A stretch of 59,337 bases of DNA. Origin: a virus. Lineage: Duplodnaviria; Caudoviricetes. A program made the position numbers and the translations under genes. The stretch lies in IMG/VR virus record IMGVR_UViG_3300035684_000073, positions 1-59,337 of that record; one strand, 5' to 3'. Numbering within the stretch: the first letter of the stretch is position 1; every line of letters starts with the position of its first letter. The notes beneath the pieces are model-generated. The model saw only the letters and a list, made by a program, of their open reading frames with translations, did no database searches and was not told where the DNA came from. Positions 19,293-27,067 of this stretch are shown here, one piece after another.

Positions 19293-19952
19293 TCAGCCTT
19301 CCCGCTTCGATTTCGAGCGTCGCTTGATCTCGCGTGCGGCGTGCTCAACGCGCGCCAATGCCAGCAGGGTCGGTTTCAGCTCGTCGGGAGCATCGTCATA
19401 AGATTGTCCCCACCTTCCCGCCAGACGGGGTAACATGGCCCTGGGCACGAGCACCCAATTGCTCGGATCGCAATTTGTCCTGTCGCGGGTAAGGCACTTC
19501 AGCGCATGATCCGTGGGGATCGGCCCGTGCGCCCGCTCCCACAAGACGCGGTGTTTCAGCACGGGCCTGGTACGGCGGTTCGGGCAAGAAGGATAGCGAA
19601 CGCCGTCCTCGATCACGATCATGACGTAGCCGTCCTTGCTTAGGGTTTCGTAGCCAGGGCCGCGATAGTTCGCCGGAAGGTGGCCCGTGGGAAACCAGCC
19701 TTTCTCCGAACCTGGCGCGACGTAGCCCTTGCGCCCCTTGTTCGGGGGTATGTTCCCCTTCTGCAGCCTGCCGTCGCGGCCGCTTTTCCAACCCTTGCGA
19801 AGGCAGAGTTGCTTTAGTGCGTCCTCGGTGACTTCGGGCCGTTCGAAGAACATGACGAAGAACTTGTGCAGCAGCTTGCGCGGCCAGTTCTTATTCTCCT
19901 CGATCCAGGCCAGCTCATCCGCCGAGTAGCGGAAGGGGCGGCCGCGGGTCAT
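19293..19952 (-). CDS. Phage HNH endonuclease-like protein
   Basis: KGNIPPNKG, KHRVLWE..HGPIP....DRTNCDPSNW. Confidence 0.8.
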   Translation of the reverse strand: MTRGRPFRYSADELAWIEENKNWPRKLLHKFFVMFFERPEVTEDALKQLCLRKGWKSGRDGRLQKGNIPPNKGRKGYVAPGSEKGWFPTGHLPANYRGPGYETLSKDGYVMIVIEDGVRYPSCPNRRTRPVLKHRVLWERAHGPIPTDHALKCLTRDRTNCDPSNWVLVPRAMLPRLAGRWGQSYDDAPDELKPTLLALARVEHAAREIKRRSKSKREG

Positions 19953-20206
19953 GCACCTGCCGGCGGCTCGCCGCCACCACTGGTCAGCATCGGCAGCTGC
20001 TTAAGAAAGAGGTCGCCGTGCTGCGCGACCAGTTTGGCGACGTCGAGCTGCAGCTTCATGCCGGCGACGATCTGATCCGACACGGCGACAACAGCATCGG
20101 AGCGCTTCACTTCCGCTTCGATCTGCTCGGGCGAGAGGGTTTCGTCGGTGAGCCTTTCGAGCTGGGCGAAAAGATGGTTGTTCAGGTCCGGAAGCTTGTT
20201 TTTCAC
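19949..20206 (-). CDS. Conserved phage protein typically upstream of this HNH gene
   Basis: KNKL.DLNNHLFAQLERL motif; NTGA overlaps at both ends. Confidence 0.8.
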   Translation of the reverse strand: MKNKLPDLNNHLFAQLERLTDETLSPEQIEAEVKRSDAVVAVSDQIVAGMKLQLDVAKLVAQHGDLFLKQLPMLTSGGGEPPAGA

Positions 20207-20358
20207 GACGGTTCCTTTTCGGCAGGTTGGGACGATGTTTGCCCCGCCGCGAGCGCGGCGAAGTGTCGGGCCGCCGTCGCGCGCGCGAGCGCCTTTGCCA
20301 GCTCAACCAGCTCCGGCGGAGGAGGCGGCTTGGCGCGGATCCTCGCCGGCGCGTTCAT
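20203..20358 (-). CDS. Small protein, candidate recombination directionality factor
   Basis: MNAPARIRAKPPPPPELVELAKALARATAARHF; coupled by ATGA/GTGA overlaps; role is inference. Confidence 0.5.
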   Translation of the reverse strand: MNAPARIRAKPPPPPELVELAKALARATAARHFAALAAGQTSSQPAEKEPS

Positions 20359-20687
20359 GCGATTTCGACCAGGCCGTGCCGGTAGCGCAGAGCGACATAG
20401 TCGACGGTGGGCATGCGGCCGGCGGCGCGGTCCTCCTCGAGCCAACGCTGGAGGAGGCTGTTCGCGTCGCGCGACGCCTTGCGGCCCGTTTCGCGCGCCG
20501 CCTGGTCGCCGCGCGACCCATAGCGCGTGTAGCGGCCGGCCGCCTGTAGCGGCGCGAGCACGGCACCGCGGGTGAGCCAGCGGTTGTTGTAAGCGCGCTT
20601 GTGAGTGGTGCTGCAGAAGATCTGGTGCGGCTGCACCTTGCGCAACTCGGCGAGGCATTCCGGGCAGCGGGCGGCGACCTTGTTCAC
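20355..20687 (-). CDS. Zn-finger-like phage protein
   Basis: CPEC..QIFCSTTHKRAYNNR; GTGA overlap start. Confidence 0.65.
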   Translation of the reverse strand: MNKVAARCPECLAELRKVQPHQIFCSTTHKRAYNNRWLTRGAVLAPLQAAGRYTRYGSRGDQAARETGRKASRDANSLLQRWLEEDRAAGRMPTVDYVALRYRHGLVEIA

Positions 20688-21043
20688 GCGGCCTGCCCCC
20701 CTTCGAAAGCGGCGGCGACGCGGCCGAGCAGCGCGGCGATCTCGGCGACGTTGGCGCGCCGCTCGGCGAGGGCCTGATTGTTCGGCCATGCGCGGCTCGC
20801 CTCCTCTCGCCTGGCGAGCGCCCGCGCGGCCGCCTCTGCGAGCGGCGTCCAAACCGGGCCGCGTTCTTCGCGGCCAAGCCTGAATTGCCCTTCGCCGATG
20901 AAAGCCGCGATCCGGCGCCAAGCCTGCAGATCATCGTCCGCCTCGCCCGGTGAGATCTCGCCGCGCTGGACCTGCGCCGGGTAGTGCTCGGCGCGCAGAT
21001 CGCGCTCGATCGCGGCCGCGGCGGCGAGTTCGGGCTTGATCAC
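20684..21043 (-). CDS. Hypothetical phage protein
   Basis: Member of NTGA-coupled leftward operon; R...YPAQVQRGEIS...AD motif. Confidence 0.7.
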   Translation of the reverse strand: MIKPELAAAAAIERDLRAEHYPAQVQRGEISPGEADDDLQAWRRIAAFIGEGQFRLGREERGPVWTPLAEAAARALARREEASRAWPNNQALAERRANVAEIAALLGRVAAAFEGGQAA

Positions 21044-21411
21044 CGTTCCCGTCCTGTTCCAGATGCACGGCGATGCGGAAGGGACGCGACGAATTGATCT
21101 ATATGGCGCTTATGGCGCTCGACGAGATCGCCGAGACGTGCGGTAGGGCGCCTGCCCAGAAGACGTGGGCGCTGCGCTTCATTCTCGCATGGCTCTTCGA
21201 GGCGAGCGGCGCCGACCCGGATCGCAAATGGATGTTCGAGCACTTTTGGAAGGACGCCACGCGCTCCGGCGGGGAATATCTGCAGTGTGTGGCGCGCGAA
21301 ACCGGCGCACAGTCCGCCTTGAACGGGATCACCCGCGCGTGCGGTTGGGAGCGCGACGTGCCCTTTCTTCACGAGATGAGCGCCAGGCGTAAGCGGAAAG
21401 GCTGACTTCAT
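21040..21411 (-). CDS. Bridge ORF antisense to 21073-21405
   Basis: ATG 21411 overlaps upstream TGA; TGA 21040-21042 overlaps downstream GTG 21043; product reads like an antisense shadow. Confidence 0.4.
   Translation of the reverse strand: MKSAFPLTPGAHLVKKGHVALPTARAGDPVQGGLCAGFARHTLQIFPAGARGVLPKVLEHPFAIRVGAARLEEPCENEAQRPRLLGRRPTARLGDLVERHKRHIDQFVASLPHRRASGTGRER
21073..21405 (+). CDS. Hypothetical cargo protein nested antisense in the leftward operon
   Basis: Protein-like helical composition (ALRFILAWLF..FEHFWK). Confidence 0.7.
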   Translation: MRKGRDELIYMALMALDEIAETCGRAPAQKTWALRFILAWLFEASGADPDRKWMFEHFWKDATRSGGEYLQCVARETGAQSALNGITRACGWERDVPFLHEMSARRKRKG

Positions 21412-21677
21412 CCGGCCCACCCATCGAGGAACCGGACGCACGCGCCGAGCAGCTGATTGCGCATCTGCGCTTCGTCGCGGTCGCCGCGATCATCGCCGGT
21501 TTCCGCAAATTCGACTTCCAGAGCCATTTTAAGCGCGTCGGCGAGCAGTTCGACAAGCTCAACGTCGCCGAACGGCGCGGGCCAGTTCGGGCCTTCCTTA
21601 GCGAAGCGTATCGGCTCGGCCGTGGCGGCGCTGGCTTGCACCGCCGCTGAGAGCGCAAGGCTGGCGGATGGGCTCAC
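21408..21677 (-). CDS. Hypothetical phage protein
   Basis: GTGA start overlap with 21674-21895; stop overlaps bridge ATG. Confidence 0.55.
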   Translation of the reverse strand: MSPSASLALSAAVQASAATAEPIRFAKEGPNWPAPFGDVELVELLADALKMALEVEFAETGDDRGDRDEAQMRNQLLGACVRFLDGWAG

Positions 21678-21895
21678 GATAGCCATGCCGCAACAATCGG
21701 CCGCGCCAGCTGCGCGCCGAAATAGAAGATCGCGAAGGCCGCGACGCCGTAGCCGGCGAGGCGCGACGCTCGATCTGCTCGGCGGCGCAGCTCGACGCCG
21801 GCACCGAAGCCGAGCAGCTGGCCGTGGATATGGCGCCGGCGTGCCGGTGTGAGCGTCGGCCGCGGTGCCGGCGTGGTGGTGAAGCGCCGGCTCAT
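21674..21895 (-). CDS. Small putative membrane protein
   Basis: C-terminal hydrophobic segment; ATGA overlap. Confidence 0.55.
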   Translation of the reverse strand: MSRRFTTTPAPRPTLTPARRRHIHGQLLGFGAGVELRRRADRASRLAGYGVAAFAIFYFGAQLARPIVAAWLS

Positions 21896-22275
21896 GCGTG
21901 CCCCCTGCGCAGCTCTTCGAGCCGGCTTGCGCAGGCGGCGAAGAGTGCGCCGAGCTGGTGCCCGTTTGCCTCTGCGATCGCCTCTTCCGCGAAGGCGAGG
22001 CGGCCGCTCTGATCGCGCAGCTCATCGCGACGCCTCTGCCAATCCGTCGTTTCGCATTTGGCAGGGCTGGGCGGCGCCGGCGACGCCGGCGCGATCGGCG
22101 GGCTGAGCAGCTCGCGAAGGCCGGTATTCAGGAAGTCGATCAGGCCAGGCTTGTCAGTCGGCACCTCGACCTGTTGCCAGCCCAGGCCGCTCACGACAGC
22201 GGCGCTCCTCGCCTCCGCCTGAGTGCCGAGCCAAACCTGCGTGACGCCGGGGCAGGTGGCAAGGTAAAGCCTCAT
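21892..22275 (-). CDS. Hypothetical phage protein
   Basis: W.GTQAEA..VEVPTDKPGLIDFLN; ATGA overlaps. Confidence 0.7.
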   Translation of the reverse strand: MRLYLATCPGVTQVWLGTQAEARSAAVVSGLGWQQVEVPTDKPGLIDFLNTGLRELLSPPIAPASPAPPSPAKCETTDWQRRRDELRDQSGRLAFAEEAIAEANGHQLGALFAACASRLEELRRGHA

Positions 22276-22649
22276 GCCGCCACCTTCGGAAAGAGGGCGA
22301 TCAGGTTCGCGAGGGTGGCGCTGCGAATGTCGCGGAGGCGCAGGGCCTGGTAGCGCTTGCGGCGGATCCTGGCGGCGCGCGACTGGCTCGGCCGCGTCCC
22401 TTCCGAGTGCACGAACCTTTCCAGCGCTTTCAGCTCGGCGCGTTCCTCTTCGTCGAGCGGCGTGCCGTCGAGCAGCTGCTCGATCGGGACGCGCTTGTTC
22501 CCGCTGGCGGCGCCGATGCGGCCGGGAAAGGAGATCGTCGCGAAGCCCTGCTGATCGTGCTGGTGGATCCGGACGGCGTGCGTCTTACCCTCCTCGTCGA
22601 AGAGGGCGAAGCTGCCCTGTTGTGGGTAGGGTGTCGGGGGTGAGAGCAT
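22272..22649 (-). CDS. First gene of leftward early operon, hypothetical
   Basis: AGGAGG RBS; downstream of pL-like region. Confidence 0.7.
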   Translation of the reverse strand: MLSPPTPYPQQGSFALFDEEGKTHAVRIHQHDQQGFATISFPGRIGAASGNKRVPIEQLLDGTPLDEEERAELKALERFVHSEGTRPSQSRAARIRRKRYQALRLRDIRSATLANLIALFPKVAA

Positions 22650-22679
22650 CGGGGCCTCCTGTTAATACAGGAGACGATC

Positions 22680-22719
22680 AATAGCCCAGACTATAGCCTA
22701 GTCAATAGTCAAAATTATA
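22680..22719 (-). promoter_or_regulatory. pL/oL-like region with two operators
   Basis: AATAG-N6-CTATA (22680-22695), AATAG-N6-TTATA (22704-22719); minus-strand TTGACT at 22705-22700. Confidence 0.7.
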
Positions 22720-22724
22720 GCACG

Positions 22725-23270
22725 TCAGTCGGTGCTCTCGCGATATCCAGCCTCCTGGTTTCGTGCACACGCTCCCGCCATGGCAAAATCGGTGACATCA
22801 GCTTGGGTGTATCTATCGTAGCAGTTCTCAAGTGCCGTGATCATGGCGGGGACCTGCAGATAGCGGTTCCAGATTTCGATGTAGTCGCTCCGCCCGCTCT
22901 CGGCGTTGCGACCGCACGCGGCACGCATGGAGAAATCGTCCGGATAGCGCTCCCCACAATGAGCGTCGCGGCTCGATTTCGCGTAGGCATCATCGGTCTT
23001 AACCTCGACTGGCTCGGGCACTAGCGCGGCTATCGGTGAAGAGGGTGCATCGGCCGACGACCTGGTGCTTGGTGGCGTCGACACGGCACACCACGAGACA
23101 AGCCCAAGGATTGATAAGGCGACCAATGCATTTCGCGTGCGGGCAGCCCGCCCATGGCGGTCTCCCTCGGTTATCTCGGCCTCGGTAAGCTCGTGATGGC
23201 AGAAGCGACACTTGGAGGCTCCGACCAAAATCCGTTCCCGACAGGCGGGGCAAGGAAAGGTCGCCGCCAT
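22725..23270 (-). CDS. Zn-ribbon + TM + Cys-repeat protein co-transcribed with cI
   Basis: CPAC..CRFC, one TM helix, duplicated C..RY..DF.M..AC.RN.E.G; start overlaps cI stop. Confidence 0.75.
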   Translation of the reverse strand: MAATFPCPACRERILVGASKCRFCHHELTEAEITEGDRHGRAARTRNALVALSILGLVSWCAVSTPPSTRSSADAPSSPIAALVPEPVEVKTDDAYAKSSRDAHCGERYPDDFSMRAACGRNAESGRSDYIEIWNRYLQVPAMITALENCYDRYTQADVTDFAMAGACARNQEAGYRESTD

Positions 23271-23932
23271 CAGATCCGTCTTCCGATCCAGATCACGCGA
23301 CCGATGACATACATTTCATCATCGACCGCGTGGAACGCCTGCACGGCAGGGTTGTCAGACATTACCGAATAGCTGCCGCCCGGCAGACGGCGAACACGCT
23401 TGATCATGCCCAAGTCTCCGTAGGCGATCGCCCAGACACGATCCTGTTGACGAATATCTTTCTGCGAAGTGTCGATCAGCACGATGTCGCCGTCCAACAG
23501 CGTCGGCTGCATCGAGTCTCCTTCGCCGCGCGCCACGAAAAGGTCTTCGAACGACCCTTTCATCATCGAACGTAGCCAATCGCGCTGAAACGGCACTATA
23601 CCGGTATGTTCATAGCTGTCGAAGATCGAGCCGCCGCCCATGCTGTAGCCAAGCTCCAGCTGCGGGACGAGAGCCAGGTTGAACTGCTCTGCAAACACAT
23701 CCGGCGAAGGCAACGTCAAAGCATTTTCCGCCGGATCTTCGGTTTTGCCTTCGAGGTAAGCGGGTGTGGTGCCGAGCACGGTGGCAATCTTGTGCAGATG
23801 CTTCGAGCCCTGATTATCACCTCGGATCAGGGCGTTGATGGTGGGCTGCGACACGCCGACCCTTCGCGCCAGTTCCGCCTGCGACATGTCGTGCCGGTTG
23901 AGCCGGTCTAAAATGCGATCGCCCAATGTCAT
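23270..23932 (-). CDS. cI: CI-like repressor (HTH XRE + S24 peptidase)
   Basis: MSQAELARRVGVSQPTI HTH; GDSMQPTL Ser and IKR Lys. Confidence 0.95.
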   Translation of the reverse strand: MTLGDRILDRLNRHDMSQAELARRVGVSQPTINALIRGDNQGSKHLHKIATVLGTTPAYLEGKTEDPAENALTLPSPDVFAEQFNLALVPQLELGYSMGGGSIFDSYEHTGIVPFQRDWLRSMMKGSFEDLFVARGEGDSMQPTLLDGDIVLIDTSQKDIRQQDRVWAIAYGDLGMIKRVRRLPGGSYSVMSDNPAVQAFHAVDDEMYVIGRVIWIGRRI

Positions 23933-23940
23933 ACAAGCAG

Positions 23941-24008
23941 ATTATAGGCTGGCCTATAATCTTCCACGAAGGTTTGCCTATTGACGCTGCTATAGCCATA
24001 GCTATACG
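23941..24008. promoter_or_regulatory. oR region with divergent pRM/pR-like promoters
   Basis: Palindrome ATTATAGGC-TG-GCCTATAAT (23941-23960); TATAG-N6-CTATA (23991-24006); TTGACG-16-TATACG toward cro; TATAAT toward cI. Confidence 0.8.
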
Positions 24009-24016
24009 AATAGCTC

Positions 24017-24430
24017 ATGAGCAAATCAGCCTTAGAGAGAGCAGTCGAGGCGGCGGGTGGACAATCTGCCTTTGCGCGCATCCATGGCGTCTCGCAGCCA
24101 ACCGTATGGGCATGGATCAAGAATGGTCGACCTTTGCCAGCGGAGCTCGTGCTTCGCACGGAGAGGGAGTGCGGCATCTCGCGTCACGAGCTGCGGCCGG
24201 ATATTTATCCCGTCGCTCAATCCTCGTCAGCAACTAAAGACGACGAAAATATTTGCGCGCCGGGGGAGGCTGACAGCCCTGGCCCTTTTCCGGATCCGGC
24301 GGCGACGCCGCCGCTCGCTTCCTGCCCGATCTGTTCTTCGAGCAGCCCAAGCCCGCACGGGCATTCCGGCACCATGCCGAGCCAAGCCTCTTCGACTTCG
24401 ACCGTCGGCGGGAAGGCTGAAGCGGCATGA
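24017..24430 (+). CDS. cro: Cro-like (YdaS-type) regulator with low-complexity tail
   Basis: AGGQSAFAR..GVSQPTVWAW..ISRHELRPDIY; divergent from cI. Confidence 0.9.
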   Translation: MSKSALERAVEAAGGQSAFARIHGVSQPTVWAWIKNGRPLPAELVLRTERECGISRHELRPDIYPVAQSSSATKDDENICAPGEADSPGPFPDPAATPPLASCPICSSSSPSPHGHSGTMPSQASSTSTVGGKAEAA

Positions 24431-24885
24431 AAAACGCGCTCGCTCACGACCTGTTTGAGGATCGGGCAGCCGGCGATCGTCCCGCTTTCCTACTGCGTCT
24501 TGCCCACCTTCCGGTAAACGGCGTCGTTGACGAAGGCCATGCGGCCCTCTGCGTCGACGTTCAATCCGCGCGCGGCGCACCAGGCGACGAACTCCTCCGG
24601 GTCGATTGGAACCCGAATGGGAAGCTGCCCTTCTGCCCTGAGCTGACGCTCGGCATGTTCTGCGCGGCTCTGCCACTTGTCGAACGTGAGGGGGAGCTTC
24701 TCACGATCCTCCATGACTTCGAGGGTCCGCCGGTAATCCTGGCGGCGATACCAGGCGATCCCGCAGGCGCGAACGCCGGGGCGGAGGTTGAACACGGACA
24801 AGGGCGATCTCCGGTCGTTGCGGGCCCTGCAAGCGTAGCCGAAGACCAACTCGTGGCAAGCCGTCTCCTCGGACGGCGCGAATGA
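24427..24885 (+). CDS. Bridge ORF antisense to 24490-24801
   Basis: ATGA overlaps with cro stop and with next gene start; shadow-like product. Confidence 0.4.
   Translation: MKNALAHDLFEDRAAGDRPAFLLRLAHLPVNGVVDEGHAALCVDVQSARGAPGDELLRVDWNPNGKLPFCPELTLGMFCAALPLVEREGELLTILHDFEGPPVILAAIPGDPAGANAGAEVEHGQGRSPVVAGPASVAEDQLVASRLLGRRE
24490..24801 (-). CDS. Hypothetical cargo protein nested antisense
   Basis: GIAWY..D..LP.TFDKW...AE..IDPEEFVAWC..RGL..DAEGR; GGAG RBS before TTG 24801 (alternative GTG 24795). Confidence 0.7.
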   Translation of the reverse strand: MSVFNLRPGVRACGIAWYRRQDYRRTLEVMEDREKLPLTFDKWQSRAEHAERQLRAEGQLPIRVPIDPEEFVAWCAARGLNVDAEGRMAFVNDAVYRKVGKTQ

Positions 24886-25379
24886 GCTGCGACCGCACGC
24901 TCTCGCTTCCGCCGCACCTGCAGGCGGGGAAGGTGGCGACGAAGGGCTTGATCCGGGCCGCCGGCGGTCAGGAGGCCGCATCCGCCGAGACGCACAAGTC
25001 GCAGCCGCGACTTTCGAGCTACGGCGCGACAAACACGCCCGATTTCATTCCGATCAACGACGTGGCGGCGCTCGAAGCGGTCACGCACGGCACGCCGGGG
25101 CACCCGCATGTCACGCGCTGGCTCGCGCGAGAAGCGGGGTTCGCGCTGGTGAAACTGCCCACGGCTCCGGTGGGCTTCACTGATTTTCATCGCGCGATCG
25201 GCGCCGTCTCCCGAGAAGTCGGCGAGGCGGTCGAGCTGGTCTGCGACGCGCTTGGCGACGACAACCAGGTGACGAAGCGGGAAGTGCGCGAGAAGAAGAT
25301 CGTCGAGAATATCGACGACGCCATCGAGCGCCTGATCGCGCTGCGCGGCCTCGCGCTCGATGCTCCGGAGACGATCTGA
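24882..25379 (+). CDS. CII-like phage regulatory protein
   Basis: Position after cro; ATKGLIRAAGGQEAA HTH-like start, FIPINDVAALE, LAREAGFALVKLP. Confidence 0.6.
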   Translation: MSCDRTLSLPPHLQAGKVATKGLIRAAGGQEAASAETHKSQPRLSSYGATNTPDFIPINDVAALEAVTHGTPGHPHVTRWLAREAGFALVKLPTAPVGFTDFHRAIGAVSREVGEAVELVCDALGDDNQVTKREVREKKIVENIDDAIERLIALRGLALDAPETI

Positions 25380-25624
25380 TGGCAGAGCCTCCCCGCTGCA
25401 CCTTCACCGTCGAGCCGCGCCGGACTCCCTCGATCGAGATCCGCGCCGCGATCGCGGATCGCGCGGCGGCGGCGCTGCTGAGCGGTGGTCGTGAATGTTC
25501 CGCCGGCTTCGAGCGCGATCGCGCCGGGCGCCTGGTGGTGGTCGAGTTGGAACCGGTGAGACAGCCGGGAAGCGGGTGCCCGCCAAAGTCATACTTTGGC
25601 GGGGTCCGGAGTGCGGGAGAGTGA
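25379..25624 (+). CDS. Hypothetical protein
   Basis: TGATG overlap with upstream gene. Confidence 0.4.
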   Translation: MAEPPRCTFTVEPRRTPSIEIRAAIADRAAAALLSGGRECSAGFERDRAGRLVVVELEPVRQPGSGCPPKSYFGGVRSAGE

Positions 25625-25627
25625 GGC

Positions 25628-26230
25628 GTGCAAGCGGGTACAAGCGCGAAGGATGGACGGATCGAGCAGTGCTGGACGCTCACCAGGGACGCCGTTGACG
25701 ATTTTCTGCGCACCGCGAAGGCCGGCGACCGCCTCGTCTATGCGTCGGGCTCGCACCTGCTGCAGACGGACGGCGTAAAGGCGATCAAGCGTGCCGCCGA
25801 TCTCAATCAGCTGGTGCTCAATTTCCGGCGAAAGTCGGCGACCGTCGGCGAATGGATCGCGACGCGCAAAAGGCCCGCCGCGGCCGAGCCGGCTCCGGCG
25901 CCGCGGCGGCCGATCGCGCCGCAGCTCGACTTCGACGAAGGGGCGCAGCTCATGGCGCTCCTGTGCAACCTGGCGCGCAACCGGCGGCCGTGCGGCACGA
26001 ACCGCGAGATCGGCGATATGCTCGGCGGGATCGCGCCGGAGCGGGTTTCCTATCTGCTGCGAAGGCAGGTCGCCGCGGAGGCGATCGCCGTCGAGCAGCT
26101 CGCCGGCGGCGTCCGCGTGGTGAGCATCCGTGCGAGCGGTCTGTCGACCGCGCGCCCGGAGCGTCCGGGGGACGCTTCGGGCGAGGAGGGCCAGGCTTGC
26201 GGCCTGACGACGGCGAGGCCGGAGCAATGA
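25628..26230 (+). CDS. Hypothetical protein with C-terminal winged-HTH-like region
   Basis: PCGTNREIGDMLG..ERVSYLL. Confidence 0.6.
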   Translation: MQAGTSAKDGRIEQCWTLTRDAVDDFLRTAKAGDRLVYASGSHLLQTDGVKAIKRAADLNQLVLNFRRKSATVGEWIATRKRPAAAEPAPAPRRPIAPQLDFDEGAQLMALLCNLARNRRPCGTNREIGDMLGGIAPERVSYLLRRQVAAEAIAVEQLAGGVRVVSIRASGLSTARPERPGDASGEEGQACGLTTARPEQ

Positions 26231-26430
26231 AGGGGACCTGTCACCGCGGCCATAAGAGGGCAGCGGGCCTCGCCTTTGCCCGCGCCTGGCGCGAGGAGAA
26301 TCGGGCGCGCTTCGACGAAATGGATCGGCAAGGTCTGTTCTCCGACAGTTGGGCTCGCTGCCCTATCGGCGTCTCCGCGCCCGAATGGCCGCTTTCGCCC
26401 CAAAGGATCAATTTGGAGCGCTCAAGATGA
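26227..26430 (+). CDS. Hypothetical protein
   Basis: GGAG RBS; ATGA overlaps both ends. Confidence 0.5.
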   Translation: MKGTCHRGHKRAAGLAFARAWREENRARFDEMDRQGLFSDSWARCPIGVSAPEWPLSPQRINLERSR

Positions 26431-26792
26431 CCCGCTATCCGCAGCCGGGCGAGGTCCCGCACTGGTTTCTGCCGCCGGCGCCGCCGGCGCGGATTCGCTG
26501 CCAGGGCTGTTCGGCCGAGACACTGGCGCCGCCCGACGAGGCTCCGGAGGGCTGGGCGGGCACTTATGCGCTCGGCGCGCACGGCGCGGGCTGGCGCTTC
26601 ACCTGCGCCACCTGCAGCCTTCACTTTGGCGGCCCGGTGGTCGGTCACGTTCGGCCGGGCGCCGATCGACCGATCGTGGTCGTTTCGCACGAAGGTGGCT
26701 TCGACGCGACGATCGCCGAGGCGCGGATCCTGCACGCTGCGCTCGGCGGCGCTCTGGCGATCGCCGGCCGCGGCGATGGGAACAAGCCATGA
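26427..26792 (+). CDS. Hypothetical Zn-binding protein
   Basis: CQGC and CATC pairs; ATGA overlaps. Confidence 0.55.
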   Translation: MTRYPQPGEVPHWFLPPAPPARIRCQGCSAETLAPPDEAPEGWAGTYALGAHGAGWRFTCATCSLHFGGPVVGHVRPGADRPIVVVSHEGGFDATIAEARILHAALGGALAIAGRGDGNKP

Positions 26793-27067
26793 CTTCGCCG
26801 GATCGCGTGCCCCCGAACGCGCCCGGCGGCGCCGGAGCGCCTGCAAGCGCTTCGGCGCAACCTTGCTGGCCGGAGCGCCATATCGCCCGGCGCAACGCCG
26901 CCAAGCACCATTTGGAAGCGTGCGGGTTCTGGGTCGGCCGCGCCGATCCCGACCCCGCCGCCACGGCGCTGACGAAGTGGCAGGTTTCGGGCGTGGCCGG
27001 CCACTTCGTCGATGGCGAGCTGGTCGCCTTCGCCCGGCAATATGGCTTCGAAGGGGGCGAGGCGTGA
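26789..27067 (+). CDS. Hypothetical protein
   Basis: ATGA/GTGA overlaps. Confidence 0.5.
   Translation: MTSPDRVPPNAPGGAGAPASASAQPCWPERHIARRNAAKHHLEACGFWVGRADPDPAATALTKWQVSGVAGHFVDGELVAFARQYGFEGGEA

Noticed and set aside
26566-27063. N-terminal 166 aa of the 649-aa ORF
   Set aside because: Overlaps two better-supported coupled genes; the protease start is GTG 27064
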